Below, piece after piece: positions 54,901 through 64,000 of a DNA stretch of 64,000 bases (position 1 is its first letter; each line of letters starts with the position of its first letter). The notes below the pieces were generated by a model, which saw only the letters and a list, made by a program, of their open reading frames with translations, ran no database searches and had not been told where the DNA came from. The DNA is taken from NCBI GenBank assembly GCA_002245135.1, contig NGBS01000587.1, positions 124,001 to 188,000 on the forward strand, in the 5' to 3' direction. Origin of the DNA: Proteromonas lacertae (lineage: Eukaryota). Both the position numbers and the translations under genes were made by a program.

Positions 54901-57900
54901 ATATATATTGTTTATCTATATTATTCAATAGCTATAAACCTCTTTATTGTTTTAATAATCAAGTTATCCAACAGAAGTGATTATGATTCAATTATAAACC
55001 CATTCATTAACAATAACAAAACCTCAGACAAATTAAACTCATTATTCCTAAAGTATCGTTATGTGTTATCAACATTTGGTTTGAATGAGAATAATATCAG
55101 AGAAAATAACTTTCAATTATTACTCCGACCAAGTCAAGCTTTTCCAGTAGAGAAACGAATCTATTTTGAATTAAATAGAATATACCATAAACTGAATAGC
55201 AATATTAATGAGAATTATTTAATCACTATTCACTATACACCTGATGTATTACAACAAGTATTCTACTTACAAATTAAAGATATTTATACATCTCAAATCT
55301 TTAAATACAATATCAATCAAAACACTGAAGAAACATACGGTCTTATTAGAATATATAAGAATTATGACTATTGTATTAATAGCAAATGTGAACCAAAGGT
55401 AGATAAGATATTGAATGAATTAATAGAGTATAAATATATATATATTTATATTTATATTATAAATTAGTGCTTATATCTTAATAACTGATGAACATAATAA
55501 CACCATATTAGAAAGTAAAGAAATGACTATATTCTATAGATCCTTCTATTTATCATTCCTACCTTATGTTAATAACATGATGATTAACATTGATGATAAT
55601 ACAATCTATATGGAAATATCACCTAAGAAAGAACAGTCATCAGTTGATTATTTCAAAGAGATAATTCATGGTAAGAATCTATCATCCGTCATATCAATTA
55701 AGCATCCATCTAAATATTCAATGGAAGTGATCAATAATAGTAAAAATGGAATGAAAGAGACTGTGAAGTTTATTGATATTATTGACATAATCAGTAGTGA
55801 TCCATTATTGTATATATATATATTATTATTATTATTATTATTATTATTTTATTAGGAAATATGAATTATCAATCCAATATCCATGTTGTGATAATAATGA
55901 TTCAGAAATCGTTACATTATGTAGTAATAAAAAAGACATTGATTTAAAAGCAGAATTGATGTTCAGTTATCCATCCTTTTATGAAATCTATTATAATGAA
56001 TTAAGAGTGATCTCACAAAAGACTTATCTATTTCTATTAACCAATAATCCTTCCATTGATGATGGACATGAATTATATTGTTATTCACCAGAAATTGCTA
56101 CATTTATGAGATTTAAAAGTACAATTTTATCACTACCAGACTTTCCAGATCCTGAGGAGAAATTTACAGATTTTTATGACTTATGGGATTCTTATTTAAA
56201 TCAATTGGTAATAGAAAAACCATACATCGCATCAATACATATTAATATATTTACCCAAAACTCAGTATTAGTTGGTAATAGTAAGATTGATATTGATACA
56301 GTAGTGAATAATTGTATTATTAAACAAGAAGAATGGAATGATATTATATCTGGTGATAGTGTGAATGGTGAAATATGTGTAAATGTGATGTATCATGAAA
56401 TCAATGATGAAGATGATGAAGAAGAAGAGGAAAATAACAATAAACAATTATCTCCATTGAATAAGATGAATATTGAAGATGATGATTATGTTACTGATGA
56501 TATACAAGAAGTGAGAGAAGATAGTGATAATAATGAAGAAGAAAATGAAGAAAGAAATGAAGTAGAGGAGGAAAAAGAAGAGAATAAACCAGTAGTAGAA
56601 GAAGAAGAAAAAGTTGAGGAAGAAGAACAACAAGACAATGATGAAGTTGAAATGAATAACAATAGTAATATAGAAGAGAATATTAAAGAAGAAATGACAC
56701 AATCACAAAAGAAAGAAGAAGAAGAAGAAGAACGTAAACACCATCATCATCATAGACATCATCATAGTAAACACCATCATCAGCAACAACAACAACAACA
56801 ACTAGAAGAAGAAGAAAATGATAGTGATAATGATAATGAAGATGAAAATAACAATACTGTTAATGCAATAATACAACAACCAAGTGTATCTTATGATGAA
56901 CTAATCAATGAATTTAAGAAACTACAAACTAAAGTGGATAAAGTAGTAACAGCACAATCAAAGAAAGAAATGAATGTCTATTATCACAACTTGGTAGAAA
57001 AAATCAACTCATCGTTCAAAACAATCACAGGTACAACTCCTTTAATCGTTCCATCCATTACAGAAATGAAAATAAACAATTCAGAAGCAGCAATGGATGA
57101 TTTAAGAATGGAATTAAAAAGAGAACATATTCGTAATGCTGAATTATTGTCTAAAGTTCAAGATGTAAAGGGAGATATCTTAGTATATATCAGAGTAAGA
57201 CCAGAAGAAACAAAACCAGGAGAATCAAAGATGGTAGAAATATTAGATCAAAATTCAATTGGTATAAAAGATATTTATACTGAACAATTAAAGGCATTTT
57301 CATTTGATCGATGTTTTACAGAGAAATCCTCACAATTAGATGTATTTAATGAATTTGAGCATTTAGCTATCTCTGTATTAAGTGGTTATAATGTCAGTTT
57401 ATTGGCTTATGGTCAAACAGGTTCGGGTAAGACTTTTACAATGATTGGTGATGAGAATAATAAAGGATTGTACTATACATTAAGTAATAAGATATTTGAT
57501 GTAATTGACACTTATCCTGAAGGTATTAATGTGAATATTGAATTGTCAATGTATGAAATATATAATGATGAATTGAGAGATTTGTTGGTTGAAAGACAGA
57601 AGACTAAATTGACAATTATTTCTAAACCATCAGGTACTTATATCCAAGGATTACAGAAGTTCAAAATAGAATCAGTTGGTGATATTATTGAGTATTTACA
57701 TAAAGGTGAAAAAACAAGAGCAACAGCATCAACAGATATAAATGAACATAGTTCACGTAGTCATTGTATTATGACATTATACATAACACAAACTGATTCA
57801 TCTGGTAAATACATTACAGGTAAATTAAATATAGTTGATTTAGCTGGTAGTGAAAAAGTGAAAAAATCAAAGGCAGTAGGTGAAAGATTAGTTGAAGCTC

Positions 57901-59147
57901 AGAATATCAATAAATCACTAAGTGCCTTAGGTGATGTGATTGCTGCATTAGATAATAAAACAAACAAGAAGAATAATGGAAGTAATAATAATCCACATAT
58001 ACCCTACAGAAACAGCAAATTAACTTATGCATTGAAAGATTCATTATCTGCTCATTCAAAGACAATAATGATATTCACAATACGTCCAAATGAAGGATTT
58101 GTTGATGAAACGTTAAGTACTTTGTATTTTGCTCAAAGAGTGAGATGTGTGAATTTAGGAGAAGCTAAAAAGATAGTTGAATATAAGAACAGAGATGATG
58201 AAGTGATTCATTTAACTAATAAATACAATTCATTGATTAAAGAGAGAGAAAAGTTGTTGAAATATATAGATAATGTGAAAGATATTGAACAAGATCATCT
58301 GAGAGAAAAAGACTTAATAATTGCACAGTTAAATAAGAAAATTAATAATTTGATATTAGAACAGAGTGTTTATGATGATGATGTAAGTGATAAAGTAAAA
58401 GCATCAGTAGAACAAGTGGAAAAGTATAAAATGAAGAATAAAGAATTATCCACCAAATTAGATGAAGTTTCTAGAAAGTATTATGAGTTAAATATTAGAT
58501 ATAAAAATCTACAAGGAGAGAGTAATGGTAGTAGTGGTTATTCTTCACTTCAAAGGCCATCAACTCTAATGCAATCAGCAAGTAAATTAGAAATGCCAGA
58601 GGATGATATACCAGTTCAACAAAATGAACAATTAAAGATGAAATATTCATTCTCATCGACTTTGCCTAATTCATTTACTGCTTCTAAATTACAGTTACCA
58701 ATTGTTGGAAATGAAGATGAGGATGAAAATGATGAGAATGGCGAGTATGATGAACAATTACCTCCACCACCTTCAACATCGCATAAACCAAAGAAATTAT
58801 CTCAATCATTTAGAAAGACATGGAGTAATCAATCTGATTTTGAGAGTTCACCTACTTATTCTACTAAATCAGGCAAAAAAGCCAAAAAGTCTACTAAAGC
58901 TACAGGTGACACTTCTAATAAAGAACTGGTTCAACCAAAGAGAATAAAGAAGAAGGTACACAAGCTACCCCCTCCTAAACCACTTACTTCAACAATTTCT
59001 TCTCAGAATAAACCTATGAGTGCAGCTGAAATTCGTAAACAGTATGATAGTGCAATAAGATCAAAATTGAAGAAGACTACAAAGCCAAAGAAGAAAACAC
59101 TCAAATCAAGTGAAAAAATCGTCTTTGCAGATCTAGACGAGATTTAA
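51004..59147 (+). CDS. Multidomain fusion: inactive calpain CysPc + domain III, Cys cluster, EF-hand-like and C2-like regions, kinesin-14-type motor
   Basis: The exons traced join via GT-AG introns except for two +1 shifts (about 52913 and 54835). Calpain: QGILGDGW, IIDDYFP, EIWIPVIEKALAKVMGSY, PGVYIIIP. Kinesin: KGDILVYIRVRP, GQTGSGKT, NEHSSRSH, DLAGSE, HIPYRNSKLT. Confidence 0.75.
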
Positions 59148-59446
59148 ATGCTGAATCTTATTATTATAATCAATCATTATTTTTATGTATTGTTTGTTTT
59201 ATAGATGTAGGAAGATAAATGAGTTTCCAATATCCAGAAGCAATTGCATATTCATAATGCTGCATGAATATAATAGAAGACTTTTTGGTCTTTGATACAA
59301 TTTTAACCTCCAAAACATAATTAAATTAAATGAAAACTGATCGAAAAAAAGCACCAAATGACGAAATAAAAATCTGAAATTATTCGATATAATTTTTAGT
59401 TAAATCTGACTTTCAAATCATTTTCCAGACTTGACAACCTTTGCTT

Positions 59447-61198
59447 ATGAGTGAAGTGCCGCTAATTAAGGAGAATTTTTATTCAGTATTTAATAATGAG
59501 TAATATAATTATTGGTAGGATGAAACAGGACCTCAGGAATATATCTGTTCCAGATGCAAGTCGCCTTTATCAGAAAATAATTTTTTCAAGCTGGACAACA
59601 CGTTGTTTTGCCTAAAGTGTATTTTTGAGACTATGGCACAGCGCAGTCAAAGCGTCCCAAGTTCGCCTAATCACGTAAATAAATGTGCTCGGTGTGGTAA
59701 GGTCAAGCCAAGTAGCTGCTTCTTCACTTACAGAAGATTAGGTCAAACCACTGCAGATAATGTATGTTCCTCTTGTAGAACAATTTACAACAGGAAGCAT
59801 CCAGGTAGACTTTCACCAGATGACATTATCACAACAAATCGGTTATTTGACACTATAGCTACTTCACCACATTCAGCTTTTTATTCATACACAAAAGAAG
59901 AAGGTAATCCAACCTCTTCAGTAATTTCAGTATCGCCAGAGACGATCAGTTCATCAAATTCAATTAATTCGAATATTTCATCACCACAAGTGTTTCAATT
60001 ATTCCAAGAACCACCACCACCGCAGCCTCCTGTTCCACTTCAATCTCGATCATTACCGTTACAAACACAACTACCACCACAAATTGAAACAACAAACGTA
60101 AGTGATGTAAATTATTTCAGTAATATATTATCGTTATCTTCACCGATTTTATCGATGAGTAATTTATTTAGCTCTTTAAGTACAACTCCATTAGCATCAG
60201 GATCAAGTACACCATCGTCATCAACTACATCATCCGCTACAAATAGTAATAATTCAGCAACATTAGAACAGTTACATCAACTACAGCAATTACAGCAGCA
60301 ATTATTACTGGAACAACAGCAGCAGCAGCTACAACAACAACATCAACAACATCAACAACAACAACAACAGCGACAACAACAACAACATTTTAACAGTAAT
60401 AATAATTGTTATAGCCCTATACATACATCATTCTTCTGTAATAATAATAGTAATAGTAATTTAATCAATACAAATAATAGTCCTTCAAGAATGATGTTAA
60501 ATACAATGATACAACAACAACAACAATCACCTCCACCAGTACCACTTCCAATACATCAGATTCGTTCAAATAACAACAACGGCAGTAATACATTACAATT
60601 AAGGAATTATGCTATAGATAGTCCAATTACTGTTTCAACACCAACTAGTACAACTTCATCATCAACATCGATTAATACTACTAGAAGAAGAACTAAATCA
60701 AAGAAGAATCAAGAGATAGATTTCAGGATAAGTTATGAAAATCTAAGAAAATTAGTTACTACTGATGTGTATAATGGTTTGAGAAAGGATAAGTTTAATG
60801 AATTGGTGATTTATTCGAATAATGCAACAGATATTGTCACTCAAATACCAGATGAGAAAACTCGTACAAACATAATGTTGAATGAAATCACCATATTCTA
60901 TCATATATCCAGTGAAGAGGTGTGTTGTAAGTCCTGTGGTAAAAAAATAGCTCAAATTGAATGCTTCATACATGAGAATTATGTAATTTGTAAGGATTGT
61001 TCGTTGAAAGTTGATATAAGAGATTTGTCTGATTGGGAGTATACTGGTAAGAGACCTATACAGTTGCAATGTGTTAGATGCAAACACATTATTCCATATC
61101 ACAAGTTTTTGAAGTATAACAGAAAAGATGAGATAAAGAGACAAAATACCTGTAGTTATTGTAGATTAAAACAGTGGATAGATTATTATAGGTCTTAG
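59447..61198 (+). CDS. Unknown protein with N- and C-terminal double CxxC Zn-ribbon modules and a polyQ/P/S linker
   Basis: ATG at 59447, intron 59486-59518. CSRC..CLKC and CARC..CSSC at the N terminus; CKSC..CKDC and CVRC..CSYC at the C terminus. Confidence 0.75.
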
Positions 61199-62129
61199 TG
61201 TAAATTAAGTAATTGAAACTGTAACATATATCAATTTTATGTAGAGTGCATTGTTTAAAGTTAGTTTTATGTTATATGATTATTAAATCTAAAACAAATC
61301 TAAAACTTAATGTTTTAAATTGATGTGTATTTATGTTTAAAAACAAAATTTAAAAAATGAAACAAAAACGACTCTATTTTTTGTAATGCTAATTTTGTTC
61401 TATTGCTTAGTTCTACCTATTTAATACTATTATTTATTAATGGTATAATCTATATAAAACTGGATGTATACTTCCTAAAAATTCCTTAGGAATCAGAATT
61501 CTGTGTAATATATACTACTGGCGTTATCAGTATGTGAAACATGAATGTATAGAATATTAATAAACAAATAATAGTAGAAATGTGTTTATTCTCACCCCTT
61601 ATCAATACAGATAAATAAAATAGGCTATTATCTTTGATGTTCAACCCCATTTGATATAAAAATCGAGATATTCTATTATTTCTGTTTAATTTAAGCACGT
61701 TATTTCGGAATTAGTCTGTGAAAATGAAATTATTTCTATTTATTGAAAGTAGTTGAATAATTTACGTAGATATTCTTGAGTGTATTGCATATAAACATTT
61801 ATATAAAGGCTTAATAAGTAAATGTAAAAAAATACTGAAAATAATTCTTGTCTATTTTTAGAATTTCTAAAAAGTAATATAAAATAGTATATCAACAACA
61901 GCTCTGATGTATAAAGGATTATTTTTGTACTGTAAAATTGTCTTGTTTATGAGAAATGCCTAATGTGAAAATGGGTAATGAAAAATATGAAACGGGTATA
62001 AATTTGGGTTATGAAAATAATTTCATCTATTTTTCTCATTAAATACCCAAAATACAACAATATAATAATCGGTAAAATAAAATATATAATATATAACGAA
62101 TATTAAAATATCATAATTTACGTTTCATG

Positions 62130-64000
62130 TTAATCTTCTACATTTCCGTCTTTCCATTCCTTAAGTCTACAACAACTACAAGAACTTTGTCTTTCAATAT
62201 CATCTTCGTTTGTAAACTTAAGGAATTTATGATAGCACACATTCTTACCACATTTTTCACATCTCAAGCAAATACAGCTTTCACCACATGGACAATCTAA
62301 TAATGTTTCATTTGGCACTTTTAAAGAACAAGCTTTACATATAAAATCATTTTCATATATAAAACATTGTCTCTTTACCACTTTATGTGAACATTTTTTA
62401 CACTTTACTTTAACAGACAAATCTGAATAAAATAAAACCAATTGTTGAATCATTAAATATATTTTTGTATCTTCATTCTTTATTGCTGTACATATTAGCG
62501 GTGAACATCTTGTATAAATAATTATATCTCTTTCTTCAGCAACATAAAAGTTGTATACATTCATTGATACAGAATTTTTGAATAATACTCTTGAAATTCT
62601 AACATCAATATTCCTTTGGTTTGGATAATCATTTACAAATGGTAATGGCGGTGGTGATTGTGGTTGTTGCTGATGTGGCTGTTTCTGTTTCTGTTGTGTT
62701 GGTTTAACTAATGGTAATGGTAATGCAACAGGTGGTGGTGGTAAATTGGGAGACATTAACTCAATAGCTCGTGGTTGTTTTGGCTTTATTACTAATGTTC
62801 TACCTTGCTCTGGAAATGGAAATAATCCTCTTCCTAATTCACTGGCTATTAGTTTATTAGGAGTTTTTAATTGGTTTTAATTTCTTCTTTGATATTACCA
62901 TTTGGTTTTCTAATACTGGTCCATCATCATATTCATTCATTGAATACACTTTTGAGTTTGATTGAATAGGTTGTGGTGGTGGTGGTGGTGGTGGTAATGG
63001 TAGTTGTACTTGTTGTCTTATCTGTTGTTGTATCATTCTTTGTTCTTGAAGTCCTGGTTGATATAACTCATATTCGGTGGGTATATATTTTCTAACTGGA
63101 ATAAAATCAATTAATCTGTTATTATTTGGTTGTAATTGAATTTGTTGTTGTTGTTGTATTTGATGTATTCTTTCAGGAGATAAGAGAGGTAAATCATTTG
63201 GTATTGGCAATGTTGGTTCAATGTAATTTGAATTATAATCAACTCTTGGAAGAGGTAATGATACTCTCTTATAAGTAGGAAGTGGAAGTGTTTGAGGTTG
63301 ATGTTGCTGTTGTTGATGTGGATTTTGACGTTGTTGTTGATGTTGTTGATTTGTATTAACAAATGGTAACGGAAGTATTTGAATTTGTTGAGGCGGGTTG
63401 AGTTCTATAACCATAATTGTTAGGGTTATTATTAACTACATCATATCCACCATCATCCATCATTTCAGTAACTATCATTTCATTTGGATAGGTTGGTATA
63501 TATTCATTATTATTATTGACATATACACTATTCATTGGCAATTGTGGTGGTTGTGGTAGAGATTGTTGTGATGGTATTGGTAAAGGTAATTGTTGTGGTG
63601 GTGGAGGTGGAGGAAGAGAAGAAGAAGAAGAAGGTGGTGGTGGTTGTTGTTGATATGATTGGTTCATAGATAATCTTGGAATTTTAGTTGGTTGAATATT
63701 ATCATTATCAAATGGATAAGATGCAGATCTTTTAATACTCTTATTTTGATTTGATTGTGAATATTTCTTTTCAATTTTTGCTGCTATTTCTATAATCAAT
63801 CTTTCTTGTTCTTGACTTAATTGAAGATCAGGTTCTTCATTTCTTTGATTTTTACTTTTAATTTGTTCAGTTATTTCAGATAAGAGAGATTGCAGTTGAG
63901 ATAAAGAATCACCTGACTCTTTATTTTCATTAATAATGCTTGCAGATGATGGTAATTCATTTGTTGGAAGTGTTGCTGTTGATGATGTTTTCTTCTTTGT
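62130..64000 (-). CDS. Paralog of the preceding Zn-ribbon/polyQ-P protein, 5'-partial
   Basis: Open from the window end. Three ORF pieces are joined by two +1 shifts (about 63420 and 62866). The C-terminal domain aligns with the 59447 gene (IDxRIS..CKxC..CFIxEN..ICKxCSLKV..CxxC..YHKFLK..DxIxRQxxCSxCRLKxW). Confidence 0.75.

Noticed and set aside
41378..55856. IYIYIY / IIIII / YYYY tails on many predicted ORFs
   Set aside because: Read-through into (AT)n or (ATT)n-rich GT-AG introns, not protein.
1..64000. Stop-codon reassignment (ciliate-like genetic code)
   Set aside because: Long conserved genes (ATPase, importin, eRF3, kinesin) have no in-frame TAA/TAG/TGA. Breaks are explained by introns or single-base shifts.
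1..64000. Genes lacking a genomic stop codon and strictly requiring poly(A)-generated termination
   Set aside because: Every gene whose 3' end I could trace has a genomic TAA or TAG at a plausible position.
1..64000. CRISPR arrays, rRNA/tRNA genes, transposase or reverse transcriptase ORFs, prokaryotic operons
   Set aside because: None recognisable. The DNA is eukaryotic and the repeats are simple microsatellites.

Overview
Eukaryotic, very AT-rich, gene-dense genomic DNA with many tiny (about 27-45 nt) GT-AG introns. The gene content, tiny introns and TGTTT-type 3' motifs suggest a stramenopile gut protist of the Blastocystis/Opalinata type (inference). About 20 genes can be rebuilt by splicing the ORF fragments. 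They include a giant FN3-repeat protein, a PMCA-type Ca2+-ATPase, an EGF-repeat membrane protein, importin-alpha, Ap4A phosphorylase, an ankyrin protein, three tandem class-3 lipases and an EST1/SMG5-7-like protein. Further on are a GT-A-like glycosyltransferase, two alpha/beta hydrolases, a kinase-LRR/LRR cluster, eRF3, a calpain-kinesin fusion and two convergent paralogous Zn-finger/polyQ proteins. Main highlights: (1) five minor-spliceosome (U12-type) introns with a divergent 5' site ATATC[T/A]TTTT. Two appear to end in AA rather than AC, one is in-frame and stop-free, and one position is shared by all three lipases. (2) A single gene of about 8 kb fuses a catalytically dead calpain, a Cys cluster and an EF-hand-like region to an intact kinesin-14-type motor. 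(3) An unrecognised duplicated double-Zn-ribbon protein family. (4) Two recurrent promoter-proximal motifs. (5) At least six +1 frameshifts inside otherwise intact genes, most likely assembly insertion errors. All splice models are manual and lack transcript support.
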